From the NCBI GenBank assembly GCA_964547425.1, contig CAZJNH010000006.1, forward strand, positions 6,095 to 70,094: a DNA stretch of 64,000 bases, read 5' to 3'. The notes below the pieces were generated by a model. The model ran no database searches and was not told the DNA's origin. It worked only from the letters and a program-made list of their open reading frames with translations. This stretch comes from an uncultured Candidatus Saccharibacteria bacterium. GTDB taxonomy: Bacteria > Patescibacteriota > Saccharimonadia > UBA4664 > CAZJNH01. The translations under genes and the position numbers were made by a program. Shown here one piece after another: positions 19,380 through 28,892 of this stretch (position 1 is its first letter; each line of letters starts with the position of its first letter).

Positions 19380-20003
19380 ATGAACCGCCGCCTGATGGTT
19401 GCGGTCGTTGTTGTTTTCGGCTTAGCGGCGTTCGCCTGCGGCAAAGTCCAGCCTAAAGCTGAACTGACACCCAAGGCGACGGCAACGGTTGCCATCGCGA
19501 AGCCGGCCTGCGAGCCCTCCCTGACGGCGGTCTGCCTGAAGGACGGGTCGAAACTCTCGATCGGCGACAAAGTCGACGAGTCGAAGTTCAGCTGCAAGGC
19601 TCCGGACGGCGGCATCACCATGTGTGAGGCTCTCGACCAGAACGGCCCGCAGGGCAACATCTTCGCCTACACCGACGGAAAAGCGATCACAACACTTGTT
19701 GTGATCAACGCCGGCGAGGAGCCCAAGGAGCGGTCGTATTTCCCGAAGGTCCACTTCGAGGATACGCTCCAGCAGGCGACGCAAGCCCTCCCTGGTAGCA
19801 AGCCGTCTGTCGTCAATGGCATCCCCGTTCTCGAGGTTCGCCAGGAATCGATGTCGGTGTACTACCTGTTCGAACCCTGCCGCAGATTCAACGTCCGAGC
19901 TGACCAATCGGATTATCCGAACAGTCCGCTCTACGGCGCCGTGATCTCAGGCAGTGGTCAGCCTTCCGTCGACACGCTCGTTACCAAGACGGACTGTCGC
20001 TAG
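19380..20003 (+). CDS. Putative lipoprotein, unknown function
   Basis: Signal peptide with lipobox LAAFAC; AAGGAG RBS; terminator GGCCCCGG-attt-CCGGGGCC-TTTT at 20021-20044. Confidence 0.7.
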   Translation: MNRRLMVAVVVVFGLAAFACGKVQPKAELTPKATATVAIAKPACEPSLTAVCLKDGSKLSIGDKVDESKFSCKAPDGGITMCEALDQNGPQGNIFAYTDGKAITTLVVINAGEEPKERSYFPKVHFEDTLQQATQALPGSKPSVVNGIPVLEVRQESMSVYYLFEPCRRFNVRADQSDYPNSPLYGAVISGSGQPSVDTLVTKTDCR

Positions 20004-20062
20004 GTGAGAGTAAAGGTCAAGGCCCCGGATTTCCGGGGCCTTTTCCTTTGCCTTGAATTTAT

Positions 20063-21340
20063 TTACCTCATGTAGCGATAGATTGTGCCGGTCGTCCCAA
20101 TCATCCAGGGAATACCGTTGGAGTCGACGGTAATATCCTGGGCGCCTCCGCTGATATTGGCCCAGTTGTTGCTTTCATTTCTGTAAAAGATGGCATGATT
20201 GTGGTTAACTCCCCAAACTTCGTTGTTTGGTCCGATACCTACATCAGCTAACCCGCCAGAGTTTTTATGCCAGGGGCTGCCGGAGTTGTCGTAAACATTG
20301 CCTGTGGTGTCGGATTCATTGCTAAGCGCCCAAGTGTTGCCGCCGGCCGTGCCCTCGATTCTGACTATGTAAGGATTCGGGTTGGAGAAGGTCGGCCAAC
20401 AATAGGAGAGAGTATGCCCTGGGCAATCGGTTTTACCGGTCCAGCGGTAGGTCTTGCCGTTGGTTCCATCGAGCCAAACCGCGCCGTTCCAGGCCGTACC
20501 GACGTCGGCAGCCACAGCGTTCATGCCTCTATATGTCCCGCTGATGTACCTGACCAGAGTATGACTGCTGCCCGATATAATCCAGGCGCTGCTAGAGTCA
20601 ACGTCAACCCGGTTAACCAGGCCGCCGCCTCCCTTGTCCGCCCAAGCGGTATTGTTGTTAACACGTTGGTAGAGGTCACCATTGGTGCCAGCGATCCAGA
20701 CTCCGGCGCGTCCAGCACCGATATCTTTGCCTGTACCGCCAACAGCGTACCAGTTGTCGAAGTGGCCGGTGCCAATCACGTCCCCTGCCGGAGTCTGATA
20801 CTCCTGAACCGCCTGGCCCCAGTTACCAGCTATAGTGTCGATGCCACCCTGGTTAGCCGAAACCACAATTCCAACGTGCCCACTTCCGTCTCCGTTGGTA
20901 TAAACCATATCTCCGGGCTGGATATGGCTAAGCTGATAGCCGCCGTACCATTGGCCATGAGCCGCAAACCAGTCTTTCATATCGCCTGTGCTCGGAATGT
21001 CCCAGTCTCCGTCGGCTGGGGAGTAGCTCCGTCCGGTGCCTTTAATGATGCGGTTACCAGAATTGGCGTAAACCCAGCTAAGAAAGTCGGCGCACCAAGC
21101 CTCACAACGGTGGGCGTACTTGGTGCAGTTTCCAGTGCCTGAAGGAGTCCCTCCGGTCTCGTGGTAGCCAATTTGGCTTTTAGCGATAGAGACGATGTTG
21201 CTGCCATCGCTGGCATGAATTGAAAGTAATCTGACCGTAAAAAAGGTCGAGGCCAGAGCTATAACACCTAGCGCCAAATTGAGGTTGAATCTTAAGCCAC
21301 GGGCTATTCTGAGTCTCTTTGTTGCGGTTCTACTTGGCAT
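20063..21340 (-). CDS. Exported CHAP amidase/peptidase with C-terminal tectonin-like repeats
   Basis: AWCADFLSWV and GHVGIV catalytic motifs; repeated DIG.G...VW..GTNG..Y units; start reassigned to MPSRT. Confidence 0.75.
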   Translation of the reverse strand: MPSRTATKRLRIARGLRFNLNLALGVIALASTFFTVRLLSIHASDGSNIVSIAKSQIGYHETGGTPSGTGNCTKYAHRCEAWCADFLSWVYANSGNRIIKGTGRSYSPADGDWDIPSTGDMKDWFAAHGQWYGGYQLSHIQPGDMVYTNGDGSGHVGIVVSANQGGIDTIAGNWGQAVQEYQTPAGDVIGTGHFDNWYAVGGTGKDIGAGRAGVWIAGTNGDLYQRVNNNTAWADKGGGGLVNRVDVDSSSAWIISGSSHTLVRYISGTYRGMNAVAADVGTAWNGAVWLDGTNGKTYRWTGKTDCPGHTLSYCWPTFSNPNPYIVRIEGTAGGNTWALSNESDTTGNVYDNSGSPWHKNSGGLADVGIGPNNEVWGVNHNHAIFYRNESNNWANISGGAQDITVDSNGIPWMIGTTGTIYRYMR

Positions 21341-21506
21341 TGACGCTGTGCTCCGTTTTGGCTGGGTCATAAACCGGCAGATGCTTGATCCGGTTGTCAT
21401 CCATCCAGCGTTGAGTGTAGAAAAAAAGCACAACCGCAAAGTTAATGGCGATTGCCAGAATTAAAAAATTACGGGTCGTTAGCCAGCTTGTTTTGTGTTT
21501 TGCCAT
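21330..21506 (-). CDS. Small single-TM protein, 58 aa (not in ORF track)
   Basis: MAKHKTSWLTTRNFLILAIAINFAVVLFFYTQRW...; stop overlaps the CHAP gene start. Confidence 0.55.
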   Translation of the reverse strand: MAKHKTSWLTTRNFLILAIAINFAVVLFFYTQRWMDDNRIKHLPVYDPAKTEHSVNAK

Positions 21507-21574
21507 TACTTAGAGCCTAGAAGCATAAGCGTAATATGTCAAATACAAAAACGTGCTGTGCTAAAATACTTCTT

Positions 21575-22609
21575 ATGAATCCAGAATCACCACAACCAGG
21601 ATCGGAACAAGATCAAAACTCCGGGCAGCAGCTGGCCCAAGAACTAAACCAAATTCAGGCCGAGCAGGCCCAGGACAAACCTGCCGAACCCACCAAAGAC
21701 GGCCGCTTTCGGCGCTGGACCCGCAATGCATTAATTGCAGCAGGCATTGGGGGCGCTCTCGGAGGCGCCGAGCTCGCTACACACCAGCAGGAAAAGCCCG
21801 ACAAGGCTCCTACACCATCCACATCCCCGGTGACGCCAGAGCAGACAGAGGCGCCGCCGTTTCTAAATCAATTCGCGGCAGAACGGGCAAAGCCTTTCAA
21901 GATTGGAGAGATCGACAATATTATTAAAGTTGGTAACTTCGAAACCCTCAAACAGCATCAGCTTCAAGTCGTTGACCGATTAGCCTCCAGCGAAAAATCA
22001 ACTTTCACAGCGATCAGTATGGACGGCGAAAAACCGCCAGTGGATCTAAACGATTTCGCTTTTGGAAACCAGGTTGCGAACGAGGTGGCAGGTAGCGGCA
22101 TTAGCATCAACTACCAGTACACGCAGGGTAATGAGGTTAAAAACGCTACCTTTCAAGTCAAAGCCCGAACTCCGGAAAACACCTACGTTATCTTCGTCCC
22201 CGAAAGTACCGATCTATCGAAATACGAGCCGAGTACCGGACAAGGTGCCGAGGCTTTTACTCACTGCTCCGAAAACGCTTGCGTGACAATGCTCAAAAAC
22301 GCCCAGCACACACCTGAAGGAGCTGAACCGGCAACAGGTATTAGTACCAACCGGATCAACGCCTTCACCGCGGCTATGCAATCCTCATTCGAGGTCACGG
22401 GTGGACAGGATGCTGCCGAAAACGCGATCGGCTTCAATGCTTTCACTAAAGGCGTTGGAACCGCTTTAACCAATATTGAGTCCGGCCAAGACTACGAAGC
22501 CTATAGCTCATACGTTAGCGTGCCTCCCGGCGGCGAACAGGCCCAACCTCCGATATACAAGGTAGACCAACAGACCTACAAGCAAATGTCCGATCAGCTC
22601 TACAAGTAG
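21575..22609 (+). CDS. Membrane-anchored hypothetical protein
   Basis: Long ORF with TM segment and Pro/Thr linker; TGcTAAAAT 7 nt before ATG. Confidence 0.7.
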   Translation: MNPESPQPGSEQDQNSGQQLAQELNQIQAEQAQDKPAEPTKDGRFRRWTRNALIAAGIGGALGGAELATHQQEKPDKAPTPSTSPVTPEQTEAPPFLNQFAAERAKPFKIGEIDNIIKVGNFETLKQHQLQVVDRLASSEKSTFTAISMDGEKPPVDLNDFAFGNQVANEVAGSGISINYQYTQGNEVKNATFQVKARTPENTYVIFVPESTDLSKYEPSTGQGAEAFTHCSENACVTMLKNAQHTPEGAEPATGISTNRINAFTAAMQSSFEVTGGQDAAENAIGFNAFTKGVGTALTNIESGQDYEAYSSYVSVPPGGEQAQPPIYKVDQQTYKQMSDQLYK

Positions 22610-22624
22610 TAAACAGCCTACTTT

Positions 22625-23953
22625 TTACGGAGTGTTGCGCCAGTAGACGTAAACTTGACCGTTCTTGCCGATAATCCAAGGCTTACCGTGCACGTCCACG
22701 CTAATCGCCTTACCTCCACCTTGCAGGGTGGGATTCCAGTGAGGTGAAGTGGTTGACCCATTCCACTTGTAGACGGTTGCGCTGGAGTTTACTATCCACA
22801 CTCCGTTGTCGCCGCCGATGCCGATATCAATCGCACCGCCGGTAATTTTTTTGTACACATTGCTGCTCCAGTAGTAGATGTTACCTGCGGTTTCGGACTC
22901 ATTACTGATAATCCAGGATCCACCGCCGGCGCTCACATCGATGCGCTTTGCGAACGGCGCGGGCGGCGTGGTCGATTGCCTAGGCCAAGAGGGACTGGAT
23001 GTTGAGCCATTCCATTTATAAGTATTGCCGTTGGTTCCAACTAGCCAGACGACACCGCTGGATCCGATTCCAATGTCTGATGCCGTGGCATTCATGTAGG
23101 TCCAGGCCGGGCCGCGGAAGACATGGCTATGGTCGGCGGTGTTAATGCGCCATGGGTTGCTGGGATCCATGTCTATATGAGAGGTGCCAGTACCAGCCAA
23201 CTGGGTCCAGCTTGAGGAATTTAACCTGTAAACCCTGCCGTCGGTCGCGGCAACGTTAACGCTATTCATTACACCAATGTCGGTCGCCTGCAGGCCGTTT
23301 GGCAAATCGGGCATTTTAGTCCATGAAGAGGCGTATTTATTGAAAGCCGCTGTAACTTGAGACTGGACGTCGTAAAAGGTGTACGCGGCACAAGCGGAGT
23401 CTTTGCAGGATGGCGGGGGCCCGGGAGTTGCCTGGAAGTGGACGTGCGACCCATTACCGCATTCGCCGCCGGCATTGCCAACGGTGCCGAGCGTCGTACC
23501 AGCCCCTACCGACGCACCGGAGGTGATGTTGCTGGGCATCGAGTTGGGCGTTAGGTGGTAATACGCGTAGTAGATACCGTCGCTGCCGTGAATCGCCACC
23601 TGGTCCTCCGCTGCGTAATGCCTGGCGCTATAAATCGTACCGGCCTTCGCCACCTGAACGATCCGTCCGCAGGGGGCAAAAATATCCGAAGCGTTGTAGT
23701 CATGATGGACGTTGTAATTTAGAGCGTACGATCGTTTTTCAGCGGACGGCCAATGATCGGCGATATCAGCCTTGGTGGTTCTAAGCGGGAAGGCGCTTAG
23801 TGCCGGGATGGTAGCAGCGTGGCTAAAGAAGATCCAATATACCCCGACCACCGATACCAAAGCCAAAAGCACAATTAGAGTAGTCTTGTTGGGCTTAAAC
23901 CTTTTCGATAGTTTTCGCTTTGCGCGCACTTTCTTCCTTTTCCTAGGCATCAT
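22625..23953 (-). CDS. Exported M23 peptidase with C-terminal tectonin-like repeats
   Basis: HHDYNASDIF, YYHL, HVHF metal-binding motifs; DIGIG...VW repeats. Confidence 0.75.
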   Translation of the reverse strand: MMPRKRKKVRAKRKLSKRFKPNKTTLIVLLALVSVVGVYWIFFSHAATIPALSAFPLRTTKADIADHWPSAEKRSYALNYNVHHDYNASDIFAPCGRIVQVAKAGTIYSARHYAAEDQVAIHGSDGIYYAYYHLTPNSMPSNITSGASVGAGTTLGTVGNAGGECGNGSHVHFQATPGPPPSCKDSACAAYTFYDVQSQVTAAFNKYASSWTKMPDLPNGLQATDIGVMNSVNVAATDGRVYRLNSSSWTQLAGTGTSHIDMDPSNPWRINTADHSHVFRGPAWTYMNATASDIGIGSSGVVWLVGTNGNTYKWNGSTSSPSWPRQSTTPPAPFAKRIDVSAGGGSWIISNESETAGNIYYWSSNVYKKITGGAIDIGIGGDNGVWIVNSSATVYKWNGSTTSPHWNPTLQGGGKAISVDVHGKPWIIGKNGQVYVYWRNTP

Positions 23954-24001
23954 TAGTAACAGTACAAGCATAAGCGTTATTCGTCAATCAGGTTACTACC
24001 A

Positions 24002-24030
24002 TTGACAGCATAAGCTTTTTATGCTAATGT
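24002..24030 (+). promoter_or_regulatory. Promoter with palindromic spacer
   Basis: TTGACA-GCATAAgctttTTATGC-TAATGT. Confidence 0.6.
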
Positions 24031-24073
24031 AGTTTCGCACCTTTTTACCGGAATACTACTGAGAGGAGCACAT

Positions 24074-24427
24074 GTGAGCCGTTTTCGGCTGATGTTGCTG
24101 TCATGTGGCGTGGTACTGGTCGTCGCCATTGGCGTGCGAGTGACGACTCACGATGTGCCGGCTGGCAAGGTCACGGCTAGTGAAGGCAGGTCCTTGCTGC
24201 CGCCGATGCCTAGCTGCCAGTACGGAATGGACGCAGACGGCTGTGTGGCGGCTCCAACCCCTGAAACACCGCTCTACTGCGTCCGGGAAGGTCACCTTCC
24301 CGAAACGCCTCCTGGCTGTATCGTCGTCGACAAGATCGAAGACGTGCCTCCAGGCGTAGTGTGGATACCGTCGCATGGCGGGCTGACCGATCCGGACGCG
24401 ATTCGTCGCTTCTGGGCGAACGATTAG
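24074..24427 (+). CDS. Small exported Cys/Pro-rich hypothetical protein
   Basis: GAGGAG RBS, hydrophobic N-terminus, hairpin terminator at 24444-24486. Confidence 0.55.
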   Translation: MSRFRLMLLSCGVVLVVAIGVRVTTHDVPAGKVTASEGRSLLPPMPSCQYGMDADGCVAAPTPETPLYCVREGHLPETPPGCIVVDKIEDVPPGVVWIPSHGGLTDPDAIRRFWAND

Positions 24428-24505
24428 CCAACCCCCCCTGCCCAAAAAGAGGACCCACGGCCTACCGTGCGGTCCTCTTTGTTTTGGCGTGATAATATTA
24501 ATGCT

Positions 24506-24709
24506 ATGAAAAAACGCGTTATTTGGTGGAAGATCACCAACTATCACTTCTTCGCTCTAATCGTCATCTACTTCGGCATGAGTATGCTCCAAATCGGGCT
24601 GCCGGAGCGCTATGAAAGCACCCGCAGCGCGCTTTCACAAATCCAACTGGTAATGCTCGGTTTTTTGGGGTTATTAACGGTTATCAACCTGTTTCGTAAC
24701 TGGAAATAA
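24506..24709 (+). CDS. Small two-TM protein
   Basis: Two hydrophobic segments; GATAAT shortly upstream. Confidence 0.5.
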   Translation: MKKRVIWWKITNYHFFALIVIYFGMSMLQIGLPERYESTRSALSQIQLVMLGFLGLLTVINLFRNWK

Positions 24710-24714
24710 TTTAG

Positions 24715-25344
24715 CTAAATCTGGCAACTGGCGCTGGCAAGGATTGTGCCGGCTTTCCCGTCCCGAAGGATTGCGGAATATTTACCGGACCTGAGTCCGA
24801 GTTCGGTGTCGGTCGCTGATCCGGTAGCGGCTTGGCTGACAAAGTCTATAACCGTGCCTGAGCGCATCAACACAATGTTGCGGTTTTTGGCGTTCTGCCA
24901 GCTCATACTCCATTTAATCGAACTATGGCTAAGACGAGCACAGCTCAAGGCACCCGCGGGCGATAGGTTGGTATCACAGCTGCCGCCGTGGACCAGCATA
25001 GTTCCGGAGTTAACGGTAAAGGTATAGTTTCCAGCGGCCAGGTCGGAGCCTCCCTTCCAGCAGCCGGAGGTCGGTGAAGGATCGTTCGACGTCGAAACCG
25101 CGCGGCCGTTGTAGGTGATGGCATGAGAGCTCGGCCCGGTAGAGCGGTAACCAAATTCGTATTGGCCGGCGGCCTGAACCGAACAACTGTCGCCCGCGGA
25201 CATCTGAACGATGCCGCTTGCACAACTGGCGGTCGCGGCGTGGCTGAAGTAAAGGTATATCCCGAAAGCGATGGCGGTTAAACCCGCGGCCATAAGCAGG
25301 GTCATTGGGCTAAGCTTTACGCCTTTTTTGATGCGGGTAGCCAC
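24715..25344 (-). CDS. Exported Cys-containing hypothetical protein
   Basis: TM followed by FSHAAT, as in the neighbouring exported proteins. Confidence 0.65.
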   Translation of the reverse strand: MATRIKKGVKLSPMTLLMAAGLTAIAFGIYLYFSHAATASCASGIVQMSAGDSCSVQAAGQYEFGYRSTGPSSHAITYNGRAVSTSNDPSPTSGCWKGGSDLAAGNYTFTVNSGTMLVHGGSCDTNLSPAGALSCARLSHSSIKWSMSWQNAKNRNIVLMRSGTVIDFVSQAATGSATDTELGLRSGKYSAILRDGKAGTILASASCQI

Positions 25345-25604
25345 TAGAAGGTAACCGCTGAAAGGTTAAGGAAGAAGCCGCGGGCGGTGACGGCGGCGAT
25401 AATAGCGGCGACCAATAGAATCGCGTATTCGATCTTGCGGTCAATTTGGAATTTATCGTGCTGAGCCAGGCCAAAGCCGATTAGCATTCCAAGCGGGAAG
25501 ACGGTTTTGCCGTTGTACTGCAGCCAAATCAAACCAAGTATCGTGTAAAGCAGGATTTTCAGAAAATAAGAACTGTCGGTTTCGCGCGCCGATTTTTTTG
25601 GCAT
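25344..25604 (-). CDS. Small membrane protein
   Basis: ETDSSYFLKILLY..HDKFQIDRKIEYAILL; 3 TMs. Confidence 0.65.
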   Translation of the reverse strand: MPKKSARETDSSYFLKILLYTILGLIWLQYNGKTVFPLGMLIGFGLAQHDKFQIDRKIEYAILLVAAIIAAVTARGFFLNLSAVTF

Positions 25605-25646
25605 GACCAAATCCTAACAAAGTGCTTACGCTTTGTCCACCTCAGG

Positions 25647-26405
25647 CTACCCGGCGCGGACGCCGAGGATTTCTTTGAGTTTGGCTCGCGCAGAGTCTAC
25701 CGCGGAGCGAAAGGTGTCTTTGGCTTGATTGACCGCGCTGCGGCGGGTGGCCGCGAGCTCCTTGACGACAGGTCCGACCCGGTCAACGCTCAACCGGTCG
25801 GCTTTGAGAGAGTCGCGGGCGGCGGTGATGGCGGTTCTCAGATCAGACCGAATAGTTGAAGGATCTACCCCGGCCGCGCAATCGGCCGATGCCTTGTTAA
25901 TCGCGGTGCTAACGGCGGCCTGGAAGTCCGACAGGGCTTTGTCGATCTCGGCGCGGCGAGTTGTAATCGCTGATTTAACCCCGGTACGAAAGATTTGACG
26001 TGATTCGTCGACACCGGCACGCCGGGCGGCCAAAGCATCCTGGGTGGTGTTAGCAAAGTCGATAACCGCGTTGGTTTGTTCGGTTGTGGTTGCGCGTTTT
26101 TTGAGTTTGGCGATGTGCTGCTCCAGGTTTGCATCGAATTTGGCGCGCTCCTCGGCGATTTGTTGGTCGCGCTTTTCGACCCGATTTGTCAAAGCTTCGT
26201 CGCGCTTGGCACGATTGGCTACAAGACCTTGTTCGCGGCGACCCATTTCGGCAGCAGAACGTGTTTTGAAGTTATCGATGCGGGCGCAAACCCGGCTGTT
26301 ATCGGCGGCGTGAGTCAGGAGCGGTGCCAGCAGTAACCCGATGAGAAATAGCAGCACAAGTATGATAAATACTATCTGTTTAGTGCGCTTAGAACGAGTT
26401 GTCAT
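25647..26405 (-). CDS. Exported alpha-helical/coiled-coil protein
   Basis: Signal peptide followed by long Ala/Arg-rich helices. Confidence 0.65.
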   Translation of the reverse strand: MTTRSKRTKQIVFIILVLLFLIGLLLAPLLTHAADNSRVCARIDNFKTRSAAEMGRREQGLVANRAKRDEALTNRVEKRDQQIAEERAKFDANLEQHIAKLKKRATTTEQTNAVIDFANTTQDALAARRAGVDESRQIFRTGVKSAITTRRAEIDKALSDFQAAVSTAINKASADCAAGVDPSTIRSDLRTAITAARDSLKADRLSVDRVGPVVKELAATRRSAVNQAKDTFRSAVDSARAKLKEILGVRAG

Positions 26406-26667
26406 TGTATGCCCCCAAAACGTCAACGGCGTCTTTCGTATCGGCCTGGATAATATCTAAATCACTGTCGCTTTCGGACATAATCGAATCTTCGGCGGCA
26501 ACTCCCTGCTTGAGTGCGTTACTGGCATCGTCAACGTTGCCGGTAGCGCTAATCGGCTCAATATCACTCGGCTTCGGCTCAGCCGTGTTGTTTTTGATCG
26601 CCACGGCGGCGGCCAGCACCACTAAAATAATCGCGATTGGGGCAACAAGTTTTAACCGAGCGTTCAT
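26389..26667 (-). CDS. Small exported acidic protein
   Basis: N-terminal TM; TATAAT 6 nt before ATG. Confidence 0.6.
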   Translation of the reverse strand: MNARLKLVAPIAIILVVLAAAVAIKNNTAEPKPSDIEPISATGNVDDASNALKQGVAAEDSIMSESDSDLDIIQADTKDAVDVLGAYNDNSF

Positions 26668-26691
26668 GCCTCTATTATAAGGTATTTGTTT

Positions 26692-26751
26692 AAGGTCTAA
26701 CCCTTTTTCGTCTCGACCTTTATTTTCATAGATTGTATAGGGTTAGACCTT
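26692..26751 (+). repeat. 59/60-bp REP-doublet-like element, copy A
   Basis: AAGGTCTAACCCT-TTTTCGTCT-16 nt-AGATTGTAT-AGGGTTAGACCTT. Confidence 0.85.
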
Positions 26752-26753
26752 GG

Positions 26754-27329
26754 TTAAGGGGACCAGTTGGGGTTGCGGCCGGTTAACGCCAGCAGCTTGT
26801 CCTGGACTGATGCGTCTTCGGAGACGGTCTTGGCTGCCTTGAACGCGCCTCCCGAACGCCAATCCTCGGCGTATTTCTGAAAATAGGCATAGGCGGACTC
26901 GACTAGCTCCTCGGGCAATTTGGCGTCTTTACCGATCGCTTTGGCCAAATCCCAGGCGTGAACCAGGTGATCACCGAACATTTGCTCGGCATAGTCAACG
27001 GATGCAGTCTCACCGTGCGACAGCTGGACCGTTTTGTCGTCGGCTCCGGGTGCGCTAAATGCGTCGGTGGCGATCGCTCCGGCATTTGTCCGGGCAGCTT
27101 TTGGGTCATCGCCCAAAACATCACCGTCAAACTTTGTGCCAACTTCGGCAATTGTTTTACCGTCCAGCAACGCTTTTACCCATAAATCTTCACTTGTGAC
27201 GTGATTAACCAAGTCTCGGACGGACCAACCTTCGTCTGGAGTCGGGGAGTCCCATTGCTCGTCGGTTATTTGAGAAACATAGCCATCAAACACCTTCGCA
27301 GCCGAAATGTAATTCGCGATTTGCTTCAT
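26754..27329 (-). CDS. TIGR03086-like (DinB/MDMPI fold) metal-binding protein
   Basis: QWDSPTP..GWSVRDLVNH, VHAWDLAKAIG, LLALTGR. Confidence 0.8.
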   Translation of the reverse strand: MKQIANYISAAKVFDGYVSQITDEQWDSPTPDEGWSVRDLVNHVTSEDLWVKALLDGKTIAEVGTKFDGDVLGDDPKAARTNAGAIATDAFSAPGADDKTVQLSHGETASVDYAEQMFGDHLVHAWDLAKAIGKDAKLPEELVESAYAYFQKYAEDWRSGGAFKAAKTVSEDASVQDKLLALTGRNPNWSP

Positions 27330-27337
27330 ACCTACTC

Positions 27338-27505
27338 CTATCCGTGTAAAAATTTATAAACTAGCCAGATTCCCAATATTGCGCCGATCGCTCCGGTTAA
27401 TAGCGTCCAAGGCGAGAAGCCGCTGACGCCAAATAGAACCGGAGCGTACCCGCCAGCAACCGATCCGATTGTGCCTGCCAAATAATAACTTCGCTTGTCC
27501 GACAT
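27338..27505 (-). CDS. Small Gly-rich membrane protein, 55 aa (not in ORF track)
   Basis: MSDKRSYYLAGTIGSVAGGYAPVLFGVSGFSPWTLLTGAIGAILGIWLVYKFLHG. Confidence 0.65.
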   Translation of the reverse strand: MSDKRSYYLAGTIGSVAGGYAPVLFGVSGFSPWTLLTGAIGAILGIWLVYKFLHG

Positions 27506-27527
27506 AGCTTTAGTTTAGCAGTTTGGT

Positions 27528-27555
27528 TTGTATAAGGTCTCTCCCTCTTTCGTCT
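27528..27555 (+). repeat. Single-core (permuted) copy of the 59-bp element
   Basis: TTGTAT-AAGGTCTCTCCCT-CTTTCGTCT. Confidence 0.6.
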
Positions 27556-27654
27556 AAATGTGACACGAGCCAACCTAGACCAAACGGAACGAGGACTTTC
27601 CGATAAATAGAATACTGCTCCGCAGTGACGACTTGGGATAGGTTGGTGAGATGG

Positions 27655-28854
27655 CTAGTCCTTTTGGCGGAGTTTTTTACCTTTTATCTCGTCCGGCAAA
27701 AAGCCTTTTGCGTGCTGGAAATTGGCCTCCCATTTATAATCCTTGCCGTAATCCAGCTCCTTCATCAACTTGGTTGGCGCGTTTCGCAGATGCAGAGGAA
27801 CCTGGGCGGTCGGATTATCCCGCACCGCGGAGTTGGCGGTGCCAAGCGAATTAGCAACTGCTCGGCTTTTGGGCGCTTCGGCCATATAAATAGTGGCTTG
27901 AGCTAGTATCAACTGGCATTCCGGGAGTCCAACCCGTTCCACCGCCAAGAAACAAGCCGTGGCCTGCTCAAGCGCCCGCGGATCGGCCAGCCCAATGTCT
28001 TCCGAAGCAAAGATCACAATCCGGCGGGCAATAAACTTGGGGTCTTCGCCCGACTCCAGCATTCTTGCCATATAAAACAGCGCCGCGTCGGCATCCGATC
28101 CGCGCATACTTTTGATAAACGCTGAGATCCAGTCGTAGTGCCAATCCCCTTTTTTGTCGTACTTTAAGCCTGTTTTTTGCATCGCTTGTTTGACCGTCTC
28201 AATAGTGATAGCTCCGTCAGTAATCCCGGCAGCGGCCTCCAACCCATTTAGAGCAACGCGGGCGTCGCCGGCTGAGAGTTTGGCTAGCAGTGATTTGGCG
28301 TCAGGTTTAATGACTGCCTTTAGCTCCTTGGACGCATCGGTAATGATCCTTTCAATTTGATCGTCTTTGAGGTTGTGCAATACGACCACTCGACTGCGGG
28401 ACAACAATGGACCTATGACTTCAAAGCTGGGGTTTTCGGTAGTGGCGCCGATTAAGATGATTGTTCCCGCCTCGACGTGCGGCAAAAAGGCGTCTTGTTG
28501 GGCTTTGTTGAAGCGATGGATTTCATCGACAAACAATATCGTCTTTTTGCCAATCTGCTGGCGTTCGCGGGCGGCTTCGATCAGTTTTTTGACTTCCGCG
28601 ATGCCGGTGGTGACCGCCGAAACTTCTTCAAATGCGTATCCGCTGGACGAGGCGATGATGCGGGCCAAAGTCGTTTTCCCTGTTCCCGGCGGACCCCACA
28701 ATATCATCGACACCGGCTGTTTTTTCTCAATTACCGTACGCAAAAATTGATTGGCACCGGTGATGTGATCCTGACCAATAAATTCATCGAGCGATTTAGG
28801 CCGAACCCGGTCAGCTAATGGCCGATAAGCATCCGTCGCAAATAGACTATCCAT
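27655..28854 (-). CDS. rarA: Replication-associated recombination protein A (MgsA/RarA)
   Basis: PLADRVRP, GPPGTGKTT, DEIHRFNKAQQD, SAFIKSMRGSD. Confidence 0.95.
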   Translation of the reverse strand: MDSLFATDAYRPLADRVRPKSLDEFIGQDHITGANQFLRTVIEKKQPVSMILWGPPGTGKTTLARIIASSSGYAFEEVSAVTTGIAEVKKLIEAARERQQIGKKTILFVDEIHRFNKAQQDAFLPHVEAGTIILIGATTENPSFEVIGPLLSRSRVVVLHNLKDDQIERIITDASKELKAVIKPDAKSLLAKLSAGDARVALNGLEAAAGITDGAITIETVKQAMQKTGLKYDKKGDWHYDWISAFIKSMRGSDADAALFYMARMLESGEDPKFIARRIVIFASEDIGLADPRALEQATACFLAVERVGLPECQLILAQATIYMAEAPKSRAVANSLGTANSAVRDNPTAQVPLHLRNAPTKLMKELDYGKDYKWEANFQHAKGFLPDEIKGKKLRQKD

Positions 28855-28877
28855 GCCTCACATTATACCTTATAGGC

Positions 28878-28892
28878 GAACAACGATCGAAC
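28878..28892. promoter_or_regulatory. Putative LexA/SOS box upstream of rarA
   Basis: GAAC-aacgatc-GAAC. Confidence 0.65.

Noticed and set aside
20267-21142. Long antisense ORFs (e.g. 20267-21142, 5149-5859, 58449-59036)
   Set aside because: Shadows of recognisable genes on the opposite strand
26692-26751. 59-bp elements as integron attC sites (GTCTAAC...GTTAGAC fits RYYYAAC/GTTRRRY)
   Set aside because: Copy D has GAC/GTC in place of AAC/GTT, the inner L boxes do not pair, copies are dispersed in both orientations, and no intI is present in the window
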